Assembly (NCBI GenBank): GCA_964589945.1
Contig: CAZPVG010000001.1
Location: 22,515-86,514, forward strand
Reading direction: 5' to 3'
DNA from: an uncultured bacterium
Lineage (GTDB): Bacteria > Eisenbacteria > RBG-16-71-46
DNA length: 64,000 nt
In this document: one piece after another, positions 46,719-60,099 of the stretch
Layout of the letters: the number at the start of each line of letters is the position of its first letter
Numbering within the stretch: position 1 is the first letter of the stretch
Notes under the pieces: generated by a model
Told to the model about the DNA's origin: nothing
What the model saw: the letters and a program-made list of their open reading frames with translations, nothing else
The model's database searches: none
Translations under genes and position numbers: made by a program

Positions 46719-46970
46719 GAGCGGGGGTCGGCCGCGCCGGCGCCGGGCCGACGGCCGCAGTTCTTCCTCGTCGGCTTCCGAATGGGAGAGAGTCACGTGG
46801 CCTCACGACGGGTTGGGGCTCGCCCCGGGCGAAGAGCCCCGGGACCGGGCGGACGCCGGGCGGAGGTCGCCCGTGCGGGTTCGGCGGGGAATGTCCCCCA
46901 CCCCCTGTTACCGCCCGATGAACACCGCATTACTTTTGCGGCAACCGTCGAAGAGCCGCCGAACCGGGGC

Positions 46971-48731
46971 CTAACGCGGGGCGGTCGCCGCGGCGGGGAG
47001 CTCGAAACGGAAGGCGCTTCCCCGTCCGGGGGCGCTCTCGACCGAGACGCTCCCTCCGTGGAGGCCGACGATGTGCTTCACGATCGACAGCCCCAGCCCG
47101 GTCCCCCCCTGCTCCCGTGAGCGCGCCTTGTCCAGGCGATAGAAGCGCTCGAAGACGCGCGCCTGGTCCTCGGCCGGGATGCCGGGCCCGGTGTCGCGCA
47201 CCTCACACCAGGCGTGCCCCGCGTCGGCCCCGGCGGAGACGGTGACCCCGCCGCGCTCGGTGTACTTGACCGCGTTGTCCACGAGGTTCGCCACGACCTG
47301 CGCGAGCCGCGCGCGATCGGCCTCCACGTCGACCGGCGGCCCGGGCAGCAGCTCCAGCGCCAGCCCGGCGCGGTGCGCGGCCTCGCGGAAGCTCGCGACG
47401 TGCTCCGCGAGCAGCTCGCGGAGGTCGAAGCGCGTGCGCCGGAGCGGCGCGCCCTCGCGCTCGAGCTCGGCGAGCGACAGCAGGTCGTCCACGAGCGCCT
47501 GCAGCCGCACGGCCTGGTCGCGGATCACGCGCACGAAGTGCTCGCGGTGCTCGGCGTCCTCGAGCCCGCCGTCGAGCAGCGTCTCGGCGTAGCCGCGCAG
47601 CGAGGTGAGCGGCGTGCGCAGCTCGTGCGAGACGTTGGCCACGAAATCCTGGCGCATGCGCGTCACGCGCTCGGCCTCGGTGAGGTCGTGCAGCACCAGC
47701 AGGACCGCGCCGCCGCCGGCCTCGCCGAGCGGCGTCGCGCCCGCGCGCAGGACGCGCGACTCGGGCGACCAGATGCGCAGGTCCTCGACGAGGCCGCTGC
47801 CCCGCGCGCGGGCGCGGGCGACGAGGTCGCCGATCTCGGGCACGCGCGCGAACTCGAGCAGCGGCGTCCCGGAGGCGGCGGGCCGGGGTGCGCCGAGCAG
47901 CACCGCGAGGCTGTGGTTGCAGTGGAGCAGCCGCCCCTCGGAATCCACGAGCGCGACGCCGTCGGACATGTGCGCGAGCACGTACTCGCGCTCGTCGCGT
48001 TCGCGGCGCAGCGCGTCGAGCCGTTCCCGCAGCTCGCGCGCCATCACGTTGAGCGCCGTGCCGAGCCGCCCCAGCTCGTCCTCGGGCCGCTCGAGGGCGC
48101 GGGCGCCCGAGTCTCCCGACCCGATGCGCCGGGCGACGGCCTCGAGCTCGATGACGCGGCCGACCTGCCGCCGCGAGAGCGTGAACGCGACGAGGAGCGA
48201 GGCCGCGATCGCGAACAGGGCGGCGAACAGGAGCCCGCGCCACTGCAGCCGGCCGAGGTCGCGCAGGAAGCCCAGCGATTCGGCGACGCGCACGACCGCG
48301 AACGGCGCGCCGGGCCACGCCGGGACCGCGACGTACTGCAGATCGATCCCCAGCGACACGCTCCTGCGCACCGCGCTCTTCGCGTGGCCCGCGAGGGCGC
48401 CCCTCACCTCGGGCCGGTTCGCGTGGTTCTCGAGGTAGGCCGTGTCGGCCCGCGAGTCGGCGAACACGCGCCCGTCGGCACGGATCAGCGTCACGCGCAG
48501 GCCGGTCCGCCGGTCCACGTCCTGCACCGCCGCCAGCCAGCCCGCGCGGTGCAGCGCCGGCGCGTCCCGGAGGCGTCGCGCGACCAGCGGGGCCTCGCGC
48601 TCGAGCACGCGGGCATTGCGGGAGAGCAGGTCGCGGCGCTCGATCTGCAGCTCGATCGCGACCAGCGTGGCGAGCGCGGCGACGACGGAGAGCGCGAGCG
48701 CGAGGAAGAGGCGCAGCCGGATCGAGCGCAC
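46971..48731 (-). CDS. phoR: PhoR-like sensor histidine kinase
   Basis: Two N-terminal TM helices, a PAS-like region, HisKA (VANVSHELRTPLTSLRGYAETL) and HATPase_c (GGTGLGLSIVKHIVGLHGGSVSVESAPGRGSAFRFEL). 11 nt downstream of phoB. Confidence 0.85.
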   Translation of the reverse strand: MRSIRLRLFLALALSVVAALATLVAIELQIERRDLLSRNARVLEREAPLVARRLRDAPALHRAGWLAAVQDVDRRTGLRVTLIRADGRVFADSRADTAYLENHANRPEVRGALAGHAKSAVRRSVSLGIDLQYVAVPAWPGAPFAVVRVAESLGFLRDLGRLQWRGLLFAALFAIAASLLVAFTLSRRQVGRVIELEAVARRIGSGDSGARALERPEDELGRLGTALNVMARELRERLDALRRERDEREYVLAHMSDGVALVDSEGRLLHCNHSLAVLLGAPRPAASGTPLLEFARVPEIGDLVARARARGSGLVEDLRIWSPESRVLRAGATPLGEAGGGAVLLVLHDLTEAERVTRMRQDFVANVSHELRTPLTSLRGYAETLLDGGLEDAEHREHFVRVIRDQAVRLQALVDDLLSLAELEREGAPLRRTRFDLRELLAEHVASFREAAHRAGLALELLPGPPVDVEADRARLAQVVANLVDNAVKYTERGGVTVSAGADAGHAWCEVRDTGPGIPAEDQARVFERFYRLDKARSREQGGTGLGLSIVKHIVGLHGGSVSVESAPGRGSAFRFELPAAATAPR

Positions 48732-48742
48732 GCGCGCTCCGG

Positions 48743-49441
48743 TCAGGCGCCCACCGCCCCCGCGGGAGCGACGAACTTGTACCCCGCGCCGGTCACGGTC
48801 TCGATGAAGGCGTGGTCCGCCCCGAGCTTCTGGCGCAGGCGGCGAACGTGCACGTCCACGGTGCGCGTCTCGCCGAGGTAGTCGTAGCCCCAGACCTTGC
48901 GCAGCAGCTCCTCGCGCGAGACGACCCGTCCGGGGTGGCGCATCAGGAACGCGAGCAGCTCGAACTCCCGCGGCGTGAGGGCGAGCCGCCGCCCCGCGAC
49001 CGAGGCCTCGCGGGCCGCCGGGTCCACGCGCAGCGCGCCCTGCTCGAGCGCGTGCCCCGCCTGCGAGGGCTTCGCCCGCCGCAGCAGCGCGCGCAGCCGC
49101 GCGATCAGCTCGCGCGGGCTGAAGGGCTTGGTGAGGTAGTCGTCCGCGCCGTGCTCGAAGCCGAGCAGTTTGTCCATCTCGGCGCCACGCGCCGTCAGCA
49201 CGATCACCGGGACGTCCGCGGTCGCGGGCTCGCCGCGCACCTCGCGGAGGATCTCGAGGCCGTTCAGGCCCGGCAGCATCAGGTCGAGGACGACGGCGTC
49301 CGGGCGCGAGGCGAACAGCTGCTCGAGCCCCTCTTCGCCGTCCGCGAACGCCGCGACGCGGAAGCCGGACCGCTCGAGGTTGTAGCGCAGGAGATCGCGG
49401 ATCTCCTTCTCGTCCTCGATCACCATCACGAGCTCGCTCAT
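48743..49441 (-). CDS. phoB: PhoB-like OmpR-family response regulator
   Basis: GGAGG 4-5 nt before ATG at 49441. MSELVMVIEDEKEIRDLL...VLDLMLPGLNG...DDYLTKPFSPRELIARL receiver domain plus winged helix (REELLRKVWGYDYLGETRTVDVHVRRLRQKLG...AGYKF). Only the C-terminal 232 aa of the 654-aa track ORF are real. Confidence 0.9.
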   Translation of the reverse strand: MSELVMVIEDEKEIRDLLRYNLERSGFRVAAFADGEEGLEQLFASRPDAVVLDLMLPGLNGLEILREVRGEPATADVPVIVLTARGAEMDKLLGFEHGADDYLTKPFSPRELIARLRALLRRAKPSQAGHALEQGALRVDPAAREASVAGRRLALTPREFELLAFLMRHPGRVVSREELLRKVWGYDYLGETRTVDVHVRRLRQKLGADHAFIETVTGAGYKFVAPAGAVGA

Positions 49442-49621
49442 GGGACCTCCGTCGGGCGGGGATGCTACGGGGCCCCCGCGCGCGCGGTCAAAAGCGATGG
49501 CGCGGGCCCGCGGGCCGCGGCGCCCCGCCCCGCGCCCGTGCCGCCCTCGGCGCTGGTGGAACCGCTGGCCCCGCGGTTTCCGGCAGCGTAGAGTCCCGGA
49601 CCCCGCGGCTGCGGGGCCTTC

Positions 49622-50500
49622 ATGACCCTGTACGACGAGACCCGTACCTTCGCGCTCGACCGGCTCGAGCCCCCCGACGTTCCCGAGGCGCTGTCGTTCC
49701 TCGACGACGACCCCGTGGCGAACGTGTACCTCGTCGCGCTCGTGCTCCGCGATGCGTTCGCGCGGCCGCGCGACGAGTTCTGGGCGGCCCGCCGGGCGGG
49801 ACGGATCACGGCCCTCCTCTACCTCGGCGGCCACTCGGGCGCCGTGCTGCCGCTCGGCGACGACCGGGACGCGCTGCGCGCGCTCGGCGCGATGGCCTGC
49901 GCGCGCGTGCCGGAGCTGCCCGTCCGATTCCAGGTGACCGGGCCGTACGAGGCCGTTGCGGCGATGCTCGCGACGTTCCCCGGACCCGACCTCCCGCCGC
50001 GGCTGCGCCGGCGGCAGATCTACATGTCGCTCCCCCCGGGCGCGCTGCCCATGGTCCCCCGGCTGCCGGAGCTGCGGCCCGCGCGCCGCGAGGACTACGC
50101 GCTCGTCTACGAGTCGGGCGCCCGGCTGCGCGCCGAGGAACTGCTCGAGGACCCGCGCGACATCGATCCCGCCGGTTACGCGCGAAGGACCGAGGAGGAC
50201 TGCCGCGACGGGCACACGTGGGTGTGGCGCGACGCGCGCGGGCTGGTCTTCCGCGCGAGCGTGAGCGCGCTGACCGCCGACGCCGCGCAGGTCTCCGGCG
50301 TCTGGACGGCCCCGGCCTGGCGCAGCCAGGGCGTTGCGCGGCGCGCGCTGGCGGAGCTGTGCGCGCGCCTGCAGCAGCGCTCGCGGGAGGTGTGCCTGTT
50401 CGTCAACGATGGCAACGCGCCGGCCATCGCGCTCTACCACCGCCTCGGGTTCGCCGACCGGCTGGCCTGGGGATCGGCCTTCTTCGTCCGCCCGGAATGA
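49622..50500 (+). CDS. GNAT-family N-acetyltransferase (two-domain)
   Basis: C-terminal GVWTAPAWRSQGVARRALAELCARLQ...VCLFVNDGNAPAIALYHRLGF matches acetyl-CoA-binding motifs A and B. Divergent from phoB. Confidence 0.7.
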   Translation: MTLYDETRTFALDRLEPPDVPEALSFLDDDPVANVYLVALVLRDAFARPRDEFWAARRAGRITALLYLGGHSGAVLPLGDDRDALRALGAMACARVPELPVRFQVTGPYEAVAAMLATFPGPDLPPRLRRRQIYMSLPPGALPMVPRLPELRPARREDYALVYESGARLRAEELLEDPRDIDPAGYARRTEEDCRDGHTWVWRDARGLVFRASVSALTADAAQVSGVWTAPAWRSQGVARRALAELCARLQQRSREVCLFVNDGNAPAIALYHRLGFADRLAWGSAFFVRPE

Positions 50501-50600
50501 GGCGCCGCCGGGCTTGACCGCGGCGCGCGGGGTTGGCAGGTTCGGCGCGACGCTCCCCGCGCGTTCACGGACGAACCGATTCGAAGGGAGACTTCCACCG

Positions 50601-51239
50601 ATGAAGCGTCTTCTGGTCCTCGCCGCCCTCCTCGCAGGGACGCTGGCGGCGAACGCGGCTTGCGCGCAGGTGTTCGGACAGTTCACGGGCGCCGAGCCGC
50701 TCAACATGAACGCCCGGCTCTTCGGCGCCTACGCCGGCTTCTCGAAGAGCGAATCCGAGCTGCTCGCCCAGCTCCGCCTGAGCTTCTACCCCGGCGTGGA
50801 CTTCGGCTTCCAGGGCGGCCTCTCGCGCGTGAGCATCGGCGACAACAACCGCACCACGGTCAAGCTCGGGGGCGACTTCAAGGCGATCGCCGCGAGGCGG
50901 TCCGAAACGATGCCGTTCGACCTGTCGCTCGGCGCGGCGATCGGCGTGAGCTCGGCCGACAACTTCAACCTGCTCAGCGTCGGGCCCGAGATCGTCGGCA
51001 GCCGCCGGTTCGCGACCGGCTCGGGCTCGGACCTGACGACGTACGCGGGCCTGCTCGTGCTCTTCACGCGCAGCGACCTCGGCAGCACGAACACCACCGA
51101 CGTCTCCGTCCCTCTGCGCTTCGGCCTCTCGTTCGCGCCGAACGCCGACCTCAGCCTGCTGGCCGAGCTCCAGGTGGCGCTCAGCGACCAGATCAACGAC
51201 GACCTCAAGCTGACGGTGGGGGCCAACTTCCCGTTCTGA
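50601..51239 (+). CDS. outer-membrane beta-barrel protein (OmpW/porin-like small barrel)
   Basis: Signal peptide MKRLLVLAALLAGTLAANAACA. Alternating hydrophobic beta-strands. C-terminal ...LKLTVGANFPF ends in Phe. Confidence 0.6.
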   Translation: MKRLLVLAALLAGTLAANAACAQVFGQFTGAEPLNMNARLFGAYAGFSKSESELLAQLRLSFYPGVDFGFQGGLSRVSIGDNNRTTVKLGGDFKAIAARRSETMPFDLSLGAAIGVSSADNFNLLSVGPEIVGSRRFATGSGSDLTTYAGLLVLFTRSDLGSTNTTDVSVPLRFGLSFAPNADLSLLAELQVALSDQINDDLKLTVGANFPF

Positions 51240-51724
51240 GCCGGCCGGCCCTCCCGGGACCGCTCCGCGACGGCCTCCGGCTGTCACCACAACCGCCGGG
51301 ACGGCAACGCGATACGACGGTGCCTTTCGGGGCTTGTGGCCCCATGGGGCGGATGCTAGCCTCTCGCCCCTCGCAGACGAAGCCCTCCAGGGCCGACGCG
51401 CGAGACTCTCTGGCAAAGACCACAAGATATTCGTAGCAAACGCCTTAGGTGCGCTATGCGCGGCGGTCGCCCGTGGCCGCTTCCGCCCGTGCATCGCCGC
51501 CCCACCCCCGCTGTGGACAACCTGTGGAGGAAGTGCTTCGAGCCACCAGTTACCGCATTGTTTGGCTTGGCTTTCCAGCGTTTCACCTAATTGTGGATAT
51601 TCACGGCTTCACATTTCCACAAACTGCCCCCACCGCCGGGCCCGGGGCCGCGATTGAGCACTGTTCTCGCCGCCCCGAACCCTGTGGACAAAGCTCGAAA
51701 CCATCACCTGCAAGGATCGTGGAC
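51240..51724. other. oriC part 1: DnaA-box cluster upstream of dnaA
   Basis: Reduced-GC noncoding stretch. DnaA-box-like 9-mers TGTGGACAA (51512-51520), TGTGGAGGA (51523-51531), TGTGGATAT (51592-51600), TTTGTGGAA on the minus strand (51615-51623) and TGTGGACAA (51683-51691). Confidence 0.6.
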
Positions 51725-53125
51725 ATGGCCGTCCAACCCGTTCAGCCGGAGGACCAATCGCGCCTCTGGGAGCAGGTCCTGCTGTCCGTCATGGGCCGCC
51801 TCGGCAGCCGTCAGGCCTACGACACCTGGTTCAAGCCGATCGTGCCCCGCGAGCTGAGTTCGCGGCTCGTCGACCTCGAAGTCCCCAACGCCTTCTTCGT
51901 GGACTGGATCCACGAGCACCACCTCTCGACCCTGCGGCTGGCCCTGCACGACGTCATGGGCGTGACGCCCGAGGTGCGGTTCACGCCGCGCGAGCCCGCC
52001 GCAGCGCCGCCGCTGCGGGCCGCCGGCCTGAACGCCGCGCCCCGGGGCGGGCCCGCCCCGCCGCCGTCCGTGACGCGCGCGAACCGGCTGTGGCTGGAGA
52101 CGCCGCTCAACCCGCGGCACACGTTCGAGACCTTCGTCGTCGGCCCCAGCAACCGCTTCACGCACGCCGCCAGCCGGGGCGTCGCCGAGCGTCCGGGCGC
52201 CCTGTACAACCCGCTCTTCATCCACGGCGGCTCGGGTCTGGGCAAGACGCACCTGCTCCACGCGATCGGGCACGAGGTCAAGCGCGTGCGCCCGGAGGCG
52301 CGGGTCCAATACGTGCCGGCCGAGCGATTCACGAACGAGCTGATCTACGCGATCCAGCACGGGGAGACGCTCCCGTTCCGGAACCGCTACCGCGGCGTGG
52401 ACGTGCTGCTGATCGACGACGTGCAGTTCCTGGCCGGCAAGGAGAGCACGCAGGAGGAGTTCTTCTACACGTTCAACGCCCTCCGCGACGTGCACAAGCA
52501 GGTCGTCGTGACCGCCGACGAGCCCCCGAAGGACATCGAGGGGCTCGAGGATCGCCTGATTTCGCGTTTCAACCAGGGGCTCGTGGCCGACCTCAAGCAG
52601 CCCGACCTGGAGACGCGCATCGCGATCCTGCGCAACCGGTGCGAGCAGGAGGGCGCGGGCCTCATGCTGCAGGACGACGTCCTGCTGCTGCTGGCCGACC
52701 GCATCCGGGGCAACGTCCGCGACCTCGAGGGATGCCTCGTGCGGCTCCTCGCGTGGGCGTCGCTGGCCCAGCGCGAGATCACGCTCGAGCTCGCCGAGGA
52801 GGTCCTGGGCCAGTACGTCGGCGTGGAGCCGGACCAGCTCACGCCGGAGCGCATCCTCGCGGCCGTCGGGGAGCGTTTCGGCGTGAAGGGCGAGGCTCTC
52901 GTGGGCAAGCGGCGGACGCAGGTCATCGCGCTGCCCCGCCAGGTGGCGATGTACCTCCTGCGCCAGCTCACGGACCTCTCGCTCGCCGAGATCGGCCGCA
53001 TCTTCGGCGGCCGGGATCACACGACGGTGCTCTATGCGTGCGAGAAGATCGCGCGCCTGGTCAACACCGAGGACGCGCTGCGGGAGAAGATCAACGGGCT
53101 CATTTCCACGCTCGCCTCTGGATGA
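51725..53125 (+). CDS. dnaA: chromosomal replication initiator protein DnaA
   Basis: AAGGA before ATG. ...NPLFIHGGSGLGKTHLLHAIG (Walker A), VLLIDDVQFL (Walker B), a sensor/arginine region and the C-terminal DNA-binding domain ...IALPRQVAMYLLRQLTDLSLAEIGRIFGGRDHTTVLYA. Confidence 0.95.
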   Translation: MAVQPVQPEDQSRLWEQVLLSVMGRLGSRQAYDTWFKPIVPRELSSRLVDLEVPNAFFVDWIHEHHLSTLRLALHDVMGVTPEVRFTPREPAAAPPLRAAGLNAAPRGGPAPPPSVTRANRLWLETPLNPRHTFETFVVGPSNRFTHAASRGVAERPGALYNPLFIHGGSGLGKTHLLHAIGHEVKRVRPEARVQYVPAERFTNELIYAIQHGETLPFRNRYRGVDVLLIDDVQFLAGKESTQEEFFYTFNALRDVHKQVVVTADEPPKDIEGLEDRLISRFNQGLVADLKQPDLETRIAILRNRCEQEGAGLMLQDDVLLLLADRIRGNVRDLEGCLVRLLAWASLAQREITLELAEEVLGQYVGVEPDQLTPERILAAVGERFGVKGEALVGKRRTQVIALPRQVAMYLLRQLTDLSLAEIGRIFGGRDHTTVLYACEKIARLVNTEDALREKINGLISTLASG

Positions 53126-53488
53126 GGTGTGAATAACCTGTGGATGGGTGGGGAGATCGCCCCCTCGAACGTCACGGTGTCGAAATGCCGTGGACAAGCG
53201 GGCGGTACTCCCCAGCCACCGCGGCGCGTCCAAACCCTTGCGCCGAACCTGTTTGAAGCCCAGTTCGTGACGTTTCGCACACCTTCCACAGCCCCTACTA
53301 CGACTGTCTTCTTTACTTATTGAAAGACAATAAGTTAGAAGGCCTTAAAGGGGTGCGAAATCGCTTGCAGCCCGCAGGGGGGCTGCCTATGATGCTGCCG
53401 CCTTCCCCCACCCCCCCAGCGCGGCCCGACTCGCGACGGCGGAAGCTGCAGAAAGACATGAAGTTCCCAATCGTCAGGGAGTGACCGT
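53126..53488. other. oriC part 2: DnaA boxes plus AT-rich DNA-unwinding element between dnaA and dnaN
   Basis: TGTGGATGG (53139-53147), CGTGGACAA (53189-53197), CTGTGGAA on the minus strand (about 53284-53291). Then the only clearly AT-rich stretch in the window, CTGTCTTCTTTACTTATTGAAAGACAATAAGTTAGAAGGCCTTAAAG (about 53304-53350), containing a 7-bp inverted repeat ACTTATT/AATAAGT. Confidence 0.65.
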
Positions 53489-56884
<3,396 letters not shown>

Positions 56885-56885
<1 letters not shown>

Positions 56886-57496
56886 TGCGACGCTTCCCGA
56901 CGCTGTTCACCGCGCTGGCCCTCGCGGCCTGCGCCGGCGCGGCCCACGCGGGCCCCGCCATCCCGCCCCCCGACATCACCCTCTCGGCCGGCGCCACGTT
57001 CGGCGCCGACTCGAGCCCCTCGGGCGGCGGCGCCTCGGCCTCGCTCTCGGCTCTGTGGCCACTCGACGATCGCTGGCGCTTCGGCGTCGTGGGCTACGTG
57101 GACGACATCGGGACCTCCTACATCGAGCTCAGGGATCCCAACGACGGCACGCCGCTGGGGCCGGCCGCGAGCCTGCACCGCTGGACCTGGGGTGCCGCGT
57201 GGCGCGTCGAGGGCGACGCCTGGCAGCGCGGCCGCTGGACCGCGGGCGGGGCCGGCGCGCTGGGCTGGTGGCGCGTCGAGGACGACCGCCGCGGCCAGGT
57301 CCTCGCCGCCGCGAGCGCCGTGGGCTTCCGGCTGGGCGCGCAGGTGCGGCACGCGTTCGACCGCGGCCGCTCGCTGGGCCTCGAGATCGGCTATCACCAG
57401 CTGGCGAAGGACAAGCACACGAGTTGGGACCGCGTGACGCGCTACGCCACCGCCGCGCTCCAGTACCGGTGGGCGAGGCGCGACCTCCAGGATTGA
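56885..57496 (+). CDS. small exported Trp/Gly-rich protein (hypothetical) inserted between gyrB and gyrA
   Basis: ATG overlaps the gyrB stop (TGATG). Signal peptide MRRFPTLFTALALAACAGAAHA. Beta-rich (WRFGVVGYVDDIG...WTWGAAWRVEGDAW...GWWRVEDD). No recognisable domain. Confidence 0.5.
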
Positions 57497-57572
57497 CGAT
57501 CGCCCGCCGGCCCGGGCGCACAGGAGGTGCGCCGGGACACCGGGCCGTGGGAACCAGGAAAAGGAACGGGAC

Positions 57573-60089
57573 ATGGCGCTGAACGATCGGTCGAAAATCG
57601 TCGACATGAACATCGAAGACGAGATGAAGACCAGCTACATCAACTACTCGATGTCGGTCATCGTCTCGCGCGCGCTGCCGGACGTCCGCGACGGCCTGAA
57701 GCCCTCGCAGCGGCGCATCCTGGTCGCGATGAACGACCTCAACCTCTCGCCCGGCCGCGGCTACCGCAAATGCGCGAAGATCGCCGGCGACACGTCGGGC
57801 AACTACCACCCGCACGGCGAGGGGGTCGTCTACCCGACCCTCGTGCGCCTCGCGCAGGACTGGGTCATGCGCTACCCGCTGGTGGACGGGCAGGGTAACT
57901 TCGGCTCGATCGACGGCGACGCGCCGGCGGCCATGCGATACACCGAGGCGCGCCTGACGGCCCTGGCGATGGAGATGCTCGCCGACCTCGAGAAGAACAC
58001 CGTCGATTTCCGGCCGAACTACGACGAGACGCGCGAGGAGCCGTCCGTCCTGCCGTCGGTCGTCCCGAACCTGATCGTGAACGGGTGCTCCGGCATCGCC
58101 GTCGGCATGGCGACCGAGGTCCCGCCGCACAACCTCCGCGAGATCTGCGACGCGATCGTCGCGGTCATCGACCGGCCCGACCTGCCGGAAGCCGAGTTGC
58201 TGCGCATCGTGAGCGGCCCTGACTTTCCCACGGGCGGCATCATCTACGGCACCCAGGGCATCCGCGACTGCTACCGCACCGGCCGCGGCATCATGAAGGT
58301 CCGCGCCAAGGTGCAGGTCGAGGAGGGCAAGGGCGGCCGCATGAGCCTGGTGGCCACCGAGATCCCATTCCAGGTGAACAAGGGCGGGCTGCTCGAGAAG
58401 ATCGCCGACATGGTGCGGAGCGGCCGGGTCGCCGGCATCAGCGACCTGCGCGACGAGTCCGACCGCGACGGCATGCGGATCGTGATCGAGCTGAAGAAGG
58501 ACGCGAACCCGAAGGTCGTGCTGAACAACCTCTTCGTGCACACGCCGCTGCAGACCTCGATCGGCGCGATCATGCTCGCGCTCGTGGACAACCGCCCCCA
58601 GGTGCTGACGCTGCGCGGCGTCCTCGACGAGTACGTGCGGCACCGCCGCGAGGTCGTGCGCCGGCGCACGGAGTTCGACCTCGCCGAGGCCGAGCGCCGC
58701 GCCCACATCCTCGAGGGGCTCAAGATCGCGCTCGACAACCTCGACGCGGTCATCGCGCTCATCCGCGGGTCCAAGGACATCGAGACAGCGCGCCAGGGCC
58801 TCATGAGCCGCTTCAAGCTCACGGAGATCCAGGCGAACGCGATCCTCGAGATGCGCCTGCAGCGCCTGACCGGCCTCGAGCGCGAGAAGATCGAGAAGGA
58901 GTACCTCGAGGTCATCCAGCTCATCGAGAAGCTGCGCTCCGTCCTGGCCAGCGAGAAGAAGATGCTGGGCATCATCCAGGACGAGGTCCGCCGGATCCGC
59001 GACCGGTTCGGCGACGAGCGGCGCACGCAGATCGTGGCCGAGGACGGCGAGATCAACTACGAGGACACCATCGAGCAGAAGGACATGGTGATCACGATCT
59101 CGCACGCCGGCTACATCAAGCGCCAGGAGGTCTCGGCCTACCGCGCCCAGCGGCGGGGCGGCAAGGGCGTGATCGGCGCGCGCACGAAGGACGACGACTA
59201 CATCGAGCACCTGTTCATCGCGAACACGCACGCCTACCTGCTGTTCCTGACCGACAAGGGGCGCTGCTACTGGCTCAAGGTGCACGAGATCGAGCAGGCC
59301 GGCCGCATGGCGAAGGGCCGCCCGCTCGTGAACCACCTCGAGGGCCTCGGGCGCAACGAGAACGTGCAGGCGGTCGTCGCGGTGAAGACCTTCGACGACC
59401 AGCACTACCTGGTCTGCGCGACGCGCAAGGGCCTCATCAAGAAGACGGTGCTCTCGGCTTACGGCAACGTGCGCAAGACCGGCATCAACGCCGTCCTGCT
59501 CGAGGAGGGCGACGCCCTGTTCGAGGCGATGATCACGGACGGGACCCAGGACGTGATCCTCGCGAAGAAGAAGGGGCTCGCGGTCCGTTTCCACGAGAAG
59601 GAAGTGCGCGCGATGGGCCGCACCGCCCGCGGCGTGAAGGCGGTGACGCTCGACGACGCCTCCGACGAGGTCGTGAGCATGGTCGGCGTGAAGCGCCAGG
59701 CCACGCTCCTTGCCGTGACGGAGAACGGCTACGGCAAGCGCAGCGAGCTCTCCGAGTACCGTGTCTCCCACCGCGGCGGCAAGGGCATCATCACGATCAA
59801 GACGACGGAGCGGAACGGCAACGTCGTCGCGGTGAAGGAGGTCGTGGACGGCGACGAGCTCATGATCATCACGCGCCAGGGCCAGATGATCCGCATGCCG
59901 GTGAAGGGCATCTCGGTCCTCGGCCGCAACACGCAGGGCGTACGCCTGGTGAACCTGTCGGAGCCGTCCGAGGGCGAGCTGCTTCCCGACGTGGTCTCCG
60001 GCGTCACGCGGGTCGTCTCGGAGGACGAGGTGGCCGACGCCGGCGCGACCGACGCCGATGCGAACGGGGTCGGACCCGGCGAGGCCTGA
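57573..60089 (+). CDS. gyrA: DNA gyrase subunit A
   Basis: AGGAAAAGGA Shine-Dalgarno. ...[37 protein letters not shown]...[30 protein letters not shown] includes the active-site Tyr region and QRDR. C-terminal beta-pinwheel repeats. Confidence 0.95.
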   Translation: MALNDRSKIVDMNIEDEMKTSYINYSMSVIVSRALPDVRDGLKPSQRRILVAMNDLNLSPGRGYRKCAKIAGDTSGNYHPHGEGVVYPTLVRLAQDWVMRYPLVDGQGNFGSIDGDAPAAMRYTEARLTALAMEMLADLEKNTVDFRPNYDETREEPSVLPSVVPNLIVNGCSGIAVGMATEVPPHNLREICDAIVAVIDRPDLPEAELLRIVSGPDFPTGGIIYGTQGIRDCYRTGRGIMKVRAKVQVEEGKGGRMSLVATEIPFQVNKGGLLEKIADMVRSGRVAGISDLRDESDRDGMRIVIELKKDANPKVVLNNLFVHTPLQTSIGAIMLALVDNRPQVLTLRGVLDEYVRHRREVVRRRTEFDLAEAERRAHILEGLKIALDNLDAVIALIRGSKDIETARQGLMSRFKLTEIQANAILEMRLQRLTGLEREKIEKEYLEVIQLIEKLRSVLASEKKMLGIIQDEVRRIRDRFGDERRTQIVAEDGEINYEDTIEQKDMVITISHAGYIKRQEVSAYRAQRRGGKGVIGARTKDDDYIEHLFIANTHAYLLFLTDKGRCYWLKVHEIEQAGRMAKGRPLVNHLEGLGRNENVQAVVAVKTFDDQHYLVCATRKGLIKKTVLSAYGNVRKTGINAVLLEEGDALFEAMITDGTQDVILAKKKGLAVRFHEKEVRAMGRTARGVKAVTLDDASDEVVSMVGVKRQATLLAVTENGYGKRSELSEYRVSHRGGKGIITIKTTERNGNVVAVKEVVDGDELMIITRQGQMIRMPVKGISVLGRNTQGVRLVNLSEPSEGELLPDVVSGVTRVVSEDEVADAGATDADANGVGPGEA

Positions 60090-60099
60090 TCGTAACGAC

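Noticed and set aside
49442-50707. N-terminal 420 aa of the 654-aa minus-strand ORF ending in phoB
   Set aside because: It is antisense to the GNAT gene and has no response-regulator features. The regulator starts at ATG 49441 with a GGAGG Shine-Dalgarno.
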